A DNA stretch of 64,000 nucleotides from Candidatus Poribacteria bacterium (GCA_965198175.1 OZ240245.1:3776001-3840000), one strand, 5' to 3'; positions 1 through 10,820 are shown, numbered from the stretch's first letter. The notes: generated by a model from the letters alone, not told the origin. Program-made: numbers and translations.

Positions 1-2
1 GT

Positions 3-2198
3 GCTTATGCGAGCGTGAAGGTCAATGACGTGGACCTCGGCATCTATTCCCATGTCGAAACCGTTCGTCGTTCGTTGCTGGAACGGGCATTCGGTAACAG
101 CGACGGCACGCTGTATGAGGGACCATACGTCGATTTCTACGAAGGATGGGAAGGGAGTTTCGAGCACAAAACGGGAGCGTATGAGCCGGGACGGGAGAAG
201 ATTAGTCAACTCATCACAGCCCTGCAACGCGATGACGAAGATATTGGGCAAGCGATTGGCGAGTTGGTTCATCTCGATTCGTTTTACACCTTCTGGGCGT
301 TGGAAGGGTTGCTGGGTTTTTGGGACGGATACTCCGGGAACAGCAACAACTACTTCTTTTATCTGAACCCGGAGACCGATAAATTCCACTTTATACCGTG
401 GGGTGCGGATTCGCTATTTGTTAAGTTCAGTAAGCTCGAATATAATCCACGTGCCCCGATCTCTGTCAAGACACAAGGTTTGATTGCTCACAAGCTCTAT
501 CAACTAGAAGCTGGGCGGGAACGTTACGCCGAGACACTCAGGAGGATTATGAACAAGCACTGGATCGAGTCGGAATTGCTCGCCCAACTCGACCGGATCG
601 AAGCACTGGTCACGCCGAATTTGATCGAATCCCAGCTCTCCTTTTATGATGAGGACAGACGGAAGAAGGAAGGCTACACATACGCCCAGGCGTTGGACGA
701 AACGCGGAAATTCATCCGCCATCGCCGCGCCGAGTTTCTCGAGGAGACAGCGGACGGAATGCCGGAATGGCGCGCGGAACCGAAGGAGCTGTTTGTCATT
801 AGGGAAGAGGACACGTTCAAACCAAAACCCGACTCGATTTGGAGCGCCGCCCACACCGGGAACACCGTAGCCATCGAACAGCACTTGGCTGAGGGTGCAG
901 ATGTCAACGCTAAGGATGGCAAATTTGGGGTGACGCTCTTGTCGTGGGCGGCGCTTGGGCGTCAGATTGACGCGGTCGAACTGCTCATCCTGAAAGGTGC
1001 AAATATCAATGCTGGAAACAACGATGGCAATACGCCCTTACATACTGCTGTGTTTCTCGGCGAATATGAGATCGCCCAACTGCTGGTAAAAAATGGTGCA
1101 GATGTAAATGTCAGGAACGATGACGGCGACGCTCCGATGAACAGCTTAGAGGCGGATTGGGAAACCACCAAAGCCATTGCCGGTTGGCTGCAGATAAAGG
1201 TTGACCAAGAAAAGGTCGAAAGCGGCAGGGCTCAAGTCGAAGCGCTGCTGCGGCAACACGGCGCCCGATCCGCGAACCCACATCGTAATGAACTTTGTGC
1301 TGCAGCAAAGAACGGAAATATCGAAGCGCTCAGAAAGTATTTAGGAACTGGCGCGGATGTTAACTCGCGGGACAGAGAGTACGGGATTACGCCACTGGCT
1401 TGGGCGGCTTTTGTCGGCCACAGGGATATCGTCGAACTTCTGATCCGCAGTGGGGCGGATGTAAACGCCAAGAATCGAGATGCCGGAACGGCGCTTCACG
1501 GCGCCGCCTTTTTCGGGCAAGTTGAGGTCGCGGAACTGTTGATTGATAACGGCGCAAATACAAACGCCAAGCATGCGAGCGGTGACACACCCTTGGATAG
1601 CGCGAACGTCGACTGGGAAACCACTCAGTTTATTGCCGGGCTGTTACGGGTTGAGGTTGACCGGGAAAAAGTCGAAAGCGGTAGGACTCAGGTTAAAGCG
1701 CTGCTCCACCAACACGGCGCTCAGACCGCCAGCCCGCTCCACGATGAGCTTTGTACTGCAGCAAAGACCGGAAACACCGAAGCTGTCAGGAAACATTTAA
1801 CCGCTGGGGCAGATGTCAACGCGAGAGATAGTAAATTTGGGGTGACGCCGTTGTCTTGGGCGGCTTTTGTCGGCGAGGTCGGAATCGCCGAACTTCTCAT
1901 CCAGAGTGGGGCGGATGTCAATGCTACGAACCGGGACCGTGGAACAGCGCTGCACGGCGCCGCCTTTTTCGGGAAAGTTGAGGTCGCGGAACTGTTAATT
2001 GGTAAAGGCGCTGATACAAATGCCAGACATGAGAGCGGTGACATTCCACTCGATAGCTCGAATGTGGACTGGGAAACCACTCAGTTTATTGCGGGATTGT
2101 TGCAAGTACGGATTGACCGAGAAGAAGTCGAAAGCGGCAGGGCTAAAATCGCCGACATACTCCACCAACACCGCATCAAACCCGACATCAAAAAGTAG
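3..2198 (+). CDS. CotH-family kinase-like protein with C-terminal ankyrin repeats (5' truncated by window edge)
   Basis: Frame is open from position 3 (AYASVKVN..LGIYSHVE). CotH-like motifs WDGY..N.NNYFFY and FIPWG.D. Three 152-aa units contain ankyrin consensus (G.TPLH.A....G...IVELLI..GADVNA). Confidence 0.85.
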   Translation, partial: AYASVKVNDVDLGIYSHVETVRRSLLERAFGNSDGTLYEGPYVDFYEGWEGSFEHKTGAYEPGREKISQLITALQRDDEDIGQAIGELVHLDSFYTFWALEGLLGFWDGYSGNSNNYFFYLNPETDKFHFIPWGADSLFVKFSKLEYNPRAPISVKTQGLIAHKLYQLEAGRERYAETLRRIMNKHWIESELLAQLDRIEALVTPNLIESQLSFYDEDRRKKEGYTYAQALDETRKFIRHRRAEFLEETADGMPEWRAEPKELFVIREEDTFKPKPDSIWSAAHTGNTVAIEQHLAEGADVNAKDGKFGVTLLSWAALGRQIDAVELLILKGANINAGNNDGNTPLHTAVFLGEYEIAQLLVKNGADVNVRNDDGDAPMNSLEADWETTKAIAGWLQIKVDQEKVESGRAQVEALLRQHGARSANPHRNELCAAAKNGNIEALRKYLGTGADVNSRDREYGITPLAWAAFVGHRDIVELLIRSGADVNAKNRDAGTALHGAAFFGQVEVAELLIDNGANTNAKHASGDTPLDSANVDWETTQFIAGLLRVEVDREKVESGRTQVKALLHQHGAQTASPLHDELCTAAKTGNTEAVRKHLTAGADVNARDSKFGVTPLSWAAFVGEVGIAELLIQSGADVNATNRDRGTALHGAAFFGKVEVAELLIGKGADTNARHESGDIPLDSSNVDWETTQFIAGLLQVRIDREEVESGRAKIADILHQHRIKPDIKK
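834..2180 (+). repeat. Three tandem 456-bp (152-aa) intragenic ankyrin units
   Basis: Equivalent unit starts at 834, 1290 and 1746. Each unit ends DWETT..IAG.L...(V/I)D.E.VESGR. Confidence 0.85.
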
Positions 2199-2336
2199 GC
2201 GTAGGCGGTCGCACAGAAGATGGTATTGAGCAATCGTCTTTGTCACCGATTACACCAAAACAGATGCTCGCAACGGGCAAAGTCGTATCAATTCCTTTTG
2301 AGGGAAGCGGTACGCCACCGACATTATGTCCGGCAC

Positions 2337-3164
2337 CTACTTCGACCGATACGCATGAGTCGCACTAAGGAATTCACCTACGCATGGAGGGACGAGACTA
2401 TCGATCGAATCTCCGCGTTCAATCTGTGTACGGATTTGGGTCGAAGATATTTCGGCATAGAAACTGGGCAACTGAATCAGGTCTATATACTTTGCATAGC
2501 GACGAATCTCCGGCAGTTCAAGGAATTTTCTCACAGCATCTGCATTATGTGCCTCACGGTTCGCGACGATTAGACGGCACCGATCGAAAAAGGATTTCAA
2601 GGCGGTGTGGATGTCGGTGTAATATTTGGCGTCGAAGATTCGTACAAACGTATCGTAACCGACGATAAACGAGAAATGGGTGCTGGGAGGATACGCAACC
2701 TTCAACGCACGAAGTTTCTCAATGAACCGCCCATGGCTACACACAGCGACCGAGATATCTTCTCGGCTGATAGCGTACAGCTTGAGCATCAACAGTCGAT
2801 CCGCCAGAGAAAGTCCAAACACGTTTTTATCGACGTTCGCTTTTGCTAGGAGTAGAAGTATCTCTTGCAGATTGAAATTGGCACCCGCCGTTTCCATCAT
2901 TTTGACATGGGCAACCGTGAGCGGATTGAATGAACCGGAAAAAATACCGAGTTTTTCCTCGTCTGCCACGATGCGCTTGGTGGCACGGTGGACCCAGCGG
3001 ATTTGCGGTTCGGCGTGATGTTGGAGCTGAGCAAGGAGTTCTATCAGACGGTTGTAGTCATCGGCGTACTCCGGGTATTGCGAGAATCTCACAGTTAAGC
3101 TCCACCATATCGAAATCGGCATTAGGTATTGATTTAGGGCGGTGTTGTTGATGTGGCATTCCAA
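2337..3164 (-). CDS. Cytidylyltransferase-fold nucleotidyltransferase (NadD/Pof1-like NMN/NaMN adenylyltransferase); start uncertain
   Basis: GIFSGSFNPLTVAH, FIVGYDT and ISSTQIR motifs. Confidence 0.8.
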   Translation of the reverse strand: MECHINNTALNQYLMPISIWWSLTVRFSQYPEYADDYNRLIELLAQLQHHAEPQIRWVHRATKRIVADEEKLGIFSGSFNPLTVAHVKMMETAGANFNLQEILLLLAKANVDKNVFGLSLADRLLMLKLYAISREDISVAVCSHGRFIEKLRALKVAYPPSTHFSFIVGYDTFVRIFDAKYYTDIHTALKSFFDRCRLIVANREAHNADAVRKFLELPEIRRYAKYIDLIQLPSFYAEISSTQIRTQIERGDSIDSLVPPCVGEFLSATHAYRSK

Positions 3165-3179
3165 CCAAATTTCTTCGGT

Positions 3180-5891
3180 TCAGGCTTTACGTTTGACGGG
3201 TTTCTGCAAGATTAGCTGCGTTCTATCTTCGCGCGCCAAGGTCTCGAAGAACCGCTTCGCGGCGGGATAATCCTCGGGTGAAATGATTGGATTCTTAAGT
3301 GTGAACTGGAGTTTGTAACGAATCTCGTTCCCCTCAGATTCGTACTGGCGATCCATGCTGGCAAAGCTGTGCGCCACTTGGATATCTTCCGGCAGCGCAG
3401 CTGTCCATCCCTGCGGCAGGGCAATCCGAATGGTCTTCTCCATCTGCAGCGGATAGCTGAACTCGAGCGGGTACTTTCGTTCAATCGCTGCAAAGAGTTC
3501 CGCATAATCTGTGAACTCATCGCTCGGCAGCGGAAAGAGGAGACTCCCATTGATCCGTTTGACATATTTTTCGACGGTAAACTCGAGCTCGACGTGAACT
3601 GGTACGATGAGATTATTGAGATCAGAGATTGTCACGCGATCAATCCTGACGCCAGGAAACTGAGCGCTGAGTTCCCCAGCAAACGTATCGGTCCACTCAC
3701 CTGGGTGGACCGGCTTGTATTGCAAGCGGGCTTCGAGGTTGTACTGCCCGCTCGTATCGACGCGCATTTTGCCGTGAAGTCCGCCACTTTCACTCAGCCT
3801 AATTTCCATATTGACGATTAACCTATTGGATTCGGGGGGAAAAGCGGGAATGTCCACGAATTCGCCCTGCACCTCTCCGATTACGAACCCTTTGCGCCCT
3901 TGATCGCTCGCGGGGAGATCGCCGTAACTGCATTCTGATGTTGCATCCAGCCAGTGATGCGTACCGCCGTCTCTGGGAACTGCCGTGATGACGTGACTGA
4001 ACTGTCCAAGCGATGGAATCTCAATATCAACCCGCTCATAGGGCGTCGGATTGAGCAGTACCGGAAACGCTTTGATCCCGACTAGATTGAGCATCGAAAT
4101 CAGTAGTGTGGTCTTGTCCTTGCAATCGCCGTATCGCATCTTAAACACCTGACACGCTGGCGATGGCTGATAGGCACCTTGTCCCAACTCGATACCGACG
4201 TAGCGAATCTTCGACGTGACAAAATGATAGAGCGCCTGAACTTTGTCCGACGGTGCTTCGAGATTCGCTGTGATAGCTCGCACGGTTTTTTCGATGGCTT
4301 CATCGGCGGCGTATCGCTCCTTTGCGAGCGCTTTGTACCACTCGTAAACAGCGTCCCACGACCTCACTGAGGAATAGCTGAGTCGAGGCGCAATATCTTT
4401 GGTCGCCGGCATACCTACCTCTTCCACGAGCCCCGGCGTTTCGCCATAGGTCCAGATGTAGGTACTCGCTTCCCCTTCATGACGCACCTGCGGATTAAGT
4501 TGACAATTGACCGCTTTCCACCGAAAGCGCGTATCTCTAGGGACGCGCAGCGCATAGCAGGATTGCAGGGTCACATCCGTGGCTTGAAAGCTGAAATCTC
4601 CCCAAAACCATGTTTCGTTGCCCACCGTTTGTCCCCCTGTGTCTTCAAGCGTCACCTGATATTCGATACACACACCTGGTTCGAGGGCGGGCATCGAAAT
4701 CACTTTCCACATCGCATCCGAATAGAGATTGTAAGCGAGCAAGCCCGGCGGGGTAACATCGTTGTACGCCTCATCAAGCGGCTCAACCACGGACCCGTCA
4801 GGCAGAATTGTCCGCGCGATATTGACGGTGATATACTGTGCCATCGGGTTGTATGGGATTGCGATGTCATCATATTGCTGACTGCCTCTGTCCGTCAGAA
4901 TTTTGACCACCTGATGCGAGGTATATCGGGATTTACCCGTCGGCAATACATCATGGCTGAACTGGTTGAGTAACAGGATTGCATCAGCGTCGGGATAAAC
5001 CTCTGCATCCGGGGCTTGCGCAAGGATTGCGTCAATATCGGTGTCAATGAGTTCGACCGGCGGAACTTCGGCAGTAGCAAAGGCGGGGGAGCTAAATTGA
5101 GAAAGGGTTTGGAGCCGAGCCGGGGCGAGCAGGTTCTCCGGATCGACCTGCAGAATTTCGTAATATTGCAACTCCGCTTCGTAGTAACGCCCCTCGTTTT
5201 CATAGATTGCAGCGAGTTGTTGGCGTGCCCACACGTCGTCGGGGAAAAGTCGAATCGATTCTCGAAAGTCAGCGATGGCTTCGCCGGTCTCTCCCCTTTC
5301 AAGGTAAATCAAGGCGAGGTAGTTATGCGTATTCTTACTCGCTGAACGCGTAGATTTCGGATCGAGCGCCAACGCTTGCCGCAATACTGCTTCCGCCTCA
5401 TCAAGGCGTTGGAGTTGTTTATACGCTAACCCGAGATGGTTAAGTGTATACAGGTTACGCGGATCAAGCTTCAATGCACCTTCATACGCCTGTGCGGCGG
5501 CTTCATAATTGTTAAGATTCTCGTGGATGTATCCCAGATAATTTCGCGCGTTGACGTTTTTCGTATCGAGTTTTAACAGAGCAGCAAAAGCATCCCGCGC
5601 TTTTTCGTATTCCTGACGTTGAAAGTGGATTTCGGCAATTTTGAGCTGAGTCTCGCTCGAATTGGGTTTGATTGCCATAGCCGCTTGATAGGCTTGGAGC
5701 GCGCGATCGAAGTCACGATTCTGGAACGCCCAATTTCCTTTGTCAATCTGTTCCTGCCATTGTCGATTCCGCTCGACGAGCGGATCAATAATCTCCACTT
5801 CAGACGATTGACTCCGCGTGAAAACGGCACATCCACCAAGCACCAGGACAAGCATGATGAGGGCGACGTACTTCAACCAACCAATTGTCAT
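3180..5891 (-). CDS. Lipoprotein with TPR repeats, DUF3857 and transglutaminase-like domains
   Basis: Lipobox-like LVLGGC. N-terminal TPRs. YPDADAILL...IPYNP (DUF3857-like). GDCKDK / FSHVI / WLDAT catalytic triad motifs. Confidence 0.88.
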   Translation of the reverse strand: MTIGWLKYVALIMLVLVLGGCAVFTRSQSSEVEIIDPLVERNRQWQEQIDKGNWAFQNRDFDRALQAYQAAMAIKPNSSETQLKIAEIHFQRQEYEKARDAFAALLKLDTKNVNARNYLGYIHENLNNYEAAAQAYEGALKLDPRNLYTLNHLGLAYKQLQRLDEAEAVLRQALALDPKSTRSASKNTHNYLALIYLERGETGEAIADFRESIRLFPDDVWARQQLAAIYENEGRYYEAELQYYEILQVDPENLLAPARLQTLSQFSSPAFATAEVPPVELIDTDIDAILAQAPDAEVYPDADAILLLNQFSHDVLPTGKSRYTSHQVVKILTDRGSQQYDDIAIPYNPMAQYITVNIARTILPDGSVVEPLDEAYNDVTPPGLLAYNLYSDAMWKVISMPALEPGVCIEYQVTLEDTGGQTVGNETWFWGDFSFQATDVTLQSCYALRVPRDTRFRWKAVNCQLNPQVRHEGEASTYIWTYGETPGLVEEVGMPATKDIAPRLSYSSVRSWDAVYEWYKALAKERYAADEAIEKTVRAITANLEAPSDKVQALYHFVTSKIRYVGIELGQGAYQPSPACQVFKMRYGDCKDKTTLLISMLNLVGIKAFPVLLNPTPYERVDIEIPSLGQFSHVITAVPRDGGTHHWLDATSECSYGDLPASDQGRKGFVIGEVQGEFVDIPAFPPESNRLIVNMEIRLSESGGLHGKMRVDTSGQYNLEARLQYKPVHPGEWTDTFAGELSAQFPGVRIDRVTISDLNNLIVPVHVELEFTVEKYVKRINGSLLFPLPSDEFTDYAELFAAIERKYPLEFSYPLQMEKTIRIALPQGWTAALPEDIQVAHSFASMDRQYESEGNEIRYKLQFTLKNPIISPEDYPAAKRFFETLAREDRTQLILQKPVKRKA

Positions 5892-5893
5892 CG

Positions 5894-7836
5894 CTATTTT
5901 CCTTCCATTTGGATTCGCTTCTGCCTAGCTGCTTGAATCGTTTCAAGTCCCTTGAGGAGCTTGGGGTTATCCGGCTGTAGTACTAACGCTTTTTGGATGG
6001 CTTCTTCCGCACTCACATAGTCTTTATTGCGGTAATACAACCAGGATAGAGTGTTGAGATAACTCGCCGAGTTGGGTTGGATTTCGACTGCCTTCTGAGC
6101 CAGCTCTAGCGCCTCGTCGAGGCGGGTGTCCTGTATAGCATAGAGTTGCGCCAACCGTTCGTAAGCCTTGTCAAAGGAAGGGTTGAGTGAAATGCTCTGC
6201 TGATACGCCTGTACCGCCCGGTCGATTTCGTTCTGCTTGGCATAGATTGTACCCAAGAAGTAGTGTGTCTCAGCCATTTCTGGTTGAAGGCTTACGGCTG
6301 CGTTTAGATTGTTTGCTGCTTCATCTAGTCGACCCCTCCACAAGCCGATGAGCCCTAACATGTGATATGCTTCAGCGAGATTCGGGTTTCGTTTAATCGC
6401 CTCCTGATAGTGATGGGCAGCCTGTTCAGGTTTATCTTGACTTAAGTAGACACGTGCCAGCCCCGGTGGACTCGTGTATCATCTGGCAGAAGTGACAGCA
6501 GTTTATCATAAGCAGCTTGTGCCTCTTGGAGACGGGAGAGTTGAAAAGCGATGCTACCGATGTTCAGCCACACTTCTGAGTTATCCGGTTCCAATTCCGC
6601 AGTCCGGCGATATGATGAAAGGGCTTTTTCAAAATCCACGCTGTTTCCGGATTTTTGGGCTTTCCTAAACCAAACATGTCCTAGCTCGCTATGTGAGGAA
6701 GCCTCGTCCGGTTTCAGTTCGACCGCGCGATGTTGGGCTTCAAGCGCCTCCTCGAATCGTTCCTGCATGGTGTAGATATGGCTGAGTCCGCTGTATGCCG
6801 CCGCCATATTCGAATCATGCCAGAGCGATTTCTTGAATTGGTGTATCGCTGCTTCATATTTCTTTTCGTCAATGTATTTCCAGCCGAGGTTCGATAGAGT
6901 GACCGCTTTTCCTCTACCCTGGGGTGCACGCAACATTTCGACTTCATCGGCTAGTTCTGCCTTGAGGCGCCGAAACTTCTCCATTGCCTTTTTCGCCTCG
7001 GCTTTTTTGCCCTGTCTGAAATACAACAATGCCAAGCGGTAGTATGTGCTCGCGAGTTGTGGATTAACGCGAACAGCATTGCGAAACGCCTTCTCTGCCT
7101 TCTTCTCCTGTTGCTTCTGAATGTGCGCTACGCCAAGCCAGAAGTGCGCCTCCGCAAGTGGTGGACCCAAACGAATCGCCTGCTCATAGTATGCAATTGC
7201 CGAGTCAACAGAATCTCGCTCAAATGCGGTCCGTCCAAGAAAGTAACTCACGCCGGCTAGCGAAAGAGGCGTTAGTGTATAGGTTTGACTACCCTCCTGC
7301 AAAATGGGCGACGATGCAAGCCTAGCGTCCTGTGCTTTCGTCGCCTCCATCAGCGCAAAACCCTTTTTGAATGCAGCATCTGCTGCCTCATGGCTTTGCA
7401 GCCGAAAATAGGTCACGCCCAACTGCGCATGAGCTTGGCCCCAATCGGGGAAGCGGCGAACCGCTGTCTCGAACACCTCGCTGGCTTTATCATACAGTTT
7501 CTGTATGAGATAAGTGCCACCTAGACAGTAGTGGCCGGCAGGGTGATTCTCATCTAGGTGTAATACATTCTCGAACGTTTCCGCAGCCCGATCCACTGCG
7601 CCAAGCGACAGATACGCCAGCCCTAGATTCAAATGCGCCTCTGCGGATGTAGGATCTTCGTCTAGAATCTTCTGATACGCAGCAGCCGTTCCCGCCAGAT
7701 CGGAGGATGCAACTGCTTGGGCACACGCCACCACGCCCAGCACTAGAAGTATGGCTGACATAGAGAACAAGGTAATGCATCTTAGCACTTTTCTAGGGAA
7801 GAAATCGAAACGCATCAAGGCTCCCTGTCTTCGCAT
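5894..7836 (-). pseudogene. TPR-repeat protein split by a single-base frameshift at about 6461-6464 (pseudogene or sequencing error)
   Basis: Adding one G to the minus-strand GGGG run joins the 464-aa and 155-aa ORFs into continuous TPR text: DTRVHRGLARVYLSQDKPEQAAHHYQEAIKRNPNLAEAYHMLG. Confidence 0.8.
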
Positions 7837-7967
7837 CCTGAAGTGGTCATCGGAACTCGCAACACTTCACGGTATTGTACATGAATTCTCGTTTTGTGTC
7901 AAGATCAGAAAACGTAAAGCGCATTTCTCACAAATGCCACGACCTTCTTTGTGATGACAGATTTGTA

Positions 7968-7996
7968 TTGCAAAAGAGCACTTTTCGCCGTATAAT
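7968..7996 (+). promoter_or_regulatory. Sigma70-type promoter upstream of the ASPIC/UnbV gene
   Basis: TTGCAA-N17-TATAAT. Confidence 0.6.
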
Positions 7997-8093
7997 ACCG
8001 GAGTTGGTGGTTTTGTTGTCGGAGCTGGACGGTGTGCCTATCTCCCGTGCAGATTTGTGCACCACTACCTGTCAATGCAGATTGGGGGTACTC

Positions 8094-9770
8094 TTGAATA
8101 CCGATTCGCGTTTCTTAGCAATCCATTTTCTAGCTTTTCTTCCTTTCATCCAAATTGCTTTCTCAGATGCCACGATTCAATTCGTTGATGTCACCGAAGC
8201 GGCGGGCATCGATTTTACCCATGTCGATGGACGTAGCGGTCAGAAGTATTTTGTGGAATCGCTTGGCTCTGGTGCTGCATTTTTTGACTATGACAGCGAC
8301 GGCGACCCAGACCTCTACTTCGTCAATGGGGCGCCACTGCCGGGCTATCAGGAGACAGAAATCCCAATCAACCGGCTTTACCGAAACAATGGGGATGGGA
8401 CTTTTACAGACGTGACGAAACAAGCAGGTGTAGGCGACCCTAGCTATGGACATGGCTGCGCCGTTGGCGATTACAATAACGATGGCCACCTCGATTTGTA
8501 CGTCGCCAATTACGGTCCCAATGTGCTTTATCGAAACAACGGGGATCAGACCTTTACCGCGGTGACAACAGAAGCGGGGGTCAGTGAGCCCAAATGGAGC
8601 AGTAGTTGCGCGTTTGCCGACTACGACCGCGATGGCGATCTTGACCTCTATGTGGTCAATTATATTGAGTTAAGTCTTGAGGACAACCCCTGGTGTGGAC
8701 CTAAGGAGAAAGGGATTCGTGCCTACTGCGAACCGAACAATTTTCCGGGACTGCCCGATACCCTCTATCGGAACAACGGAGATGGCACGTTTACAGATGT
8801 TACTCGGCAGGCTGGAATCTACAATCCCACTGGAAAGGGTCTCGGCGTTGTGTGGGGCGACTACGATAACGATGGGCATCCTGATATCTACATCGCCAAC
8901 GACTCGACCGAAAATTTCTTTTATTGGAATAAAGGAGATGGCACGTTTGAAGAAGTGGGATTCATGCTCGGCGTTGCGATGAGCGAAACCGGTGCGGAAG
9001 AAAACGGGATGGGCACGGCATTCGGGGACTTGGATAATGATGGGTGGCTGGATCTGATTGTGACGAACTATCAGGATCAAGCCAACACCCTCTACCACAA
9101 CGACCAGAACGGCTTTTTTACGGATGTGTCAACCGTCTCAAAAACGGGTGCAGTTAGTTTTCCCTATCTCGGTTGGGCGACGGAATTCATCGACTATGAT
9201 AACGACGGCTGGCAGGACCTTTTTGTCGCCAACGGCCACGTCCACGACAATCTTGAAGAGATTGGGCAGGCAGGAACCTATGGACAGCGCAACCTGCTCT
9301 TCCGAAATACCTGTGACAACACTTTCACGGAGATGTCCAAACAACTGGGCGATGGTATGCGCCTAGATGATGTGAGTCGCGGCGGTGCGTTTGCGGACTA
9401 CGATTTGGACGGTGACATCGATATTCTGATAACCAACTCCAACAGTGCACCTCGCCTGCTTGACAACGATGGAGGAAACGAAAACAGCTGGCTAGCTGTC
9501 AAGTTAAACGGTACAACAGGGTCAACAGATGCAATTGGTGCGCGTGTGACGGTTCGTGCGGGAGGTGTATCCCAAACCAAGGAGGTCCGGAGTGGTACTG
9601 GTTATTTATCCCAAAACGAGCTTAAACTCCATTTTGGACTTGGCGATAGCACAAATGTTGAGTTAATCGAGGTTCAATGGCTGAGGGGTGGAGTACAGCA
9701 GGCCAAAAATATCGCAGCTAACCAATCCATCGTTATAACGGAAGGCAGTGGCTGGAAGCGCGTTGATTAA
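8094..9770 (+). CDS. CRTAC1-like FG-GAP repeat / ASPIC-UnbV domain protein (ORF track starts at 7875; TTG 8094 preferred)
   Basis: Repeated DYDNDG.PDLYV.N and LYRNNGDGTFTDVT motifs. C-terminal AIGARV...GYLSQN...LHFGLG. Signal-like N-terminus after a G-rich RBS. Confidence 0.9.
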   Translation: MNTDSRFLAIHFLAFLPFIQIAFSDATIQFVDVTEAAGIDFTHVDGRSGQKYFVESLGSGAAFFDYDSDGDPDLYFVNGAPLPGYQETEIPINRLYRNNGDGTFTDVTKQAGVGDPSYGHGCAVGDYNNDGHLDLYVANYGPNVLYRNNGDQTFTAVTTEAGVSEPKWSSSCAFADYDRDGDLDLYVVNYIELSLEDNPWCGPKEKGIRAYCEPNNFPGLPDTLYRNNGDGTFTDVTRQAGIYNPTGKGLGVVWGDYDNDGHPDIYIANDSTENFFYWNKGDGTFEEVGFMLGVAMSETGAEENGMGTAFGDLDNDGWLDLIVTNYQDQANTLYHNDQNGFFTDVSTVSKTGAVSFPYLGWATEFIDYDNDGWQDLFVANGHVHDNLEEIGQAGTYGQRNLLFRNTCDNTFTEMSKQLGDGMRLDDVSRGGAFADYDLDGDIDILITNSNSAPRLLDNDGGNENSWLAVKLNGTTGSTDAIGARVTVRAGGVSQTKEVRSGTGYLSQNELKLHFGLGDSTNVELIEVQWLRGGVQQAKNIAANQSIVITEGSGWKRVD

Positions 9771-9926
9771 CACAGTTTTTAGCTTTGGGGTGCAAGTCGG
9801 TTCGTCAATCCCATCAGTTAAGCTACAATCTTTCATGCCGTAACCGGCGTGATTGACATGCAACCCTGATGGGGAAGGGATTGACGGCATTTGGCTAAGA
9901 CGCAGTAGTTGAGGGGAGTATTCTTT

Positions 9927-10778
9927 ATGAAGATTTCATTCATGACTCAAGCCTACGCTGATATGCCGTTTGAGCAGATTGTCCCGCGGCTTGCTGCGGT
10001 CGGATATGACGGTGTAGAGCCGTTAGCTGGTCCCGAAGGTCAGTTAAAGCCTTCGAAACTCAAGGACAGCGACAGACGTGCGTTGCGGGTGCTCCTCGCT
10101 GACCACAGCATGGAGATTCCTGTTTTGAATCCTTATAGGGAGTCGATGGTTACCATGGCAAAGGACGGGACAGCGAGAGACTTTTACGGCGCCATCATGG
10201 AGCTTGCGGTGGACCTTGGCACGCCAACCGTCAACTGCCTGAGTGGTTTCCTTCCCGACGGGGATAGGGAGGGGTGGGAGATTCTTATCAATTTTTTCAA
10301 GGAGTTGACCCGCCACGCAGAATCCATCGGCATCTGTTTGTCAATTCACAACCATGAGGCGAATATCTTGGACACGGTGGAAAAATGTACGCTAATTATT
10401 CAGCACGTTGGCTCGCCAAATCTGAAAGTCACGTTTGACGCGACAAACTGCTACCTACTCAACGGGAATGTCGCAAAAGCCGTGGCGTTCCTCGGGCCGC
10501 ATCTTAACCACTGCCATCTCAAGGGCATCACGGGCAAGTATCCACACACACACTTTCTCGTTCCAGGTGAGGAAGGCGATGAAATGGACTTCAATGCGTT
10601 CGCCATTGCGCTTGGTAGGGTGGGTTACACCGGTTCTATCTCGGTGGAAACATTCCAGCACATGCGGGATGATAAGGATAGGGTCGCCTATGAGATGATG
10701 AGTACAACGCTTGCGAGGCTAGGATTACGTGAAGCACCTGATTCCCCCATGGGCACCGGAGAAACAAGCGGGATTTGA
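9927..10778 (+). CDS. Sugar phosphate isomerase/epimerase (AP endonuclease 2 TIM barrel family)
   Basis: GYDGVE, HNHE, TFDATN, HCHLKG, GY.G.ISVE motifs. Confidence 0.85.
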   Translation: MKISFMTQAYADMPFEQIVPRLAAVGYDGVEPLAGPEGQLKPSKLKDSDRRALRVLLADHSMEIPVLNPYRESMVTMAKDGTARDFYGAIMELAVDLGTPTVNCLSGFLPDGDREGWEILINFFKELTRHAESIGICLSIHNHEANILDTVEKCTLIIQHVGSPNLKVTFDATNCYLLNGNVAKAVAFLGPHLNHCHLKGITGKYPHTHFLVPGEEGDEMDFNAFAIALGRVGYTGSISVETFQHMRDDKDRVAYEMMSTTLARLGLREAPDSPMGTGETSGI

Positions 10779-10820
10779 AAGGGTTCACGCCGTCAGGATA
10801 GGCGCACTGACACCTGGAGT

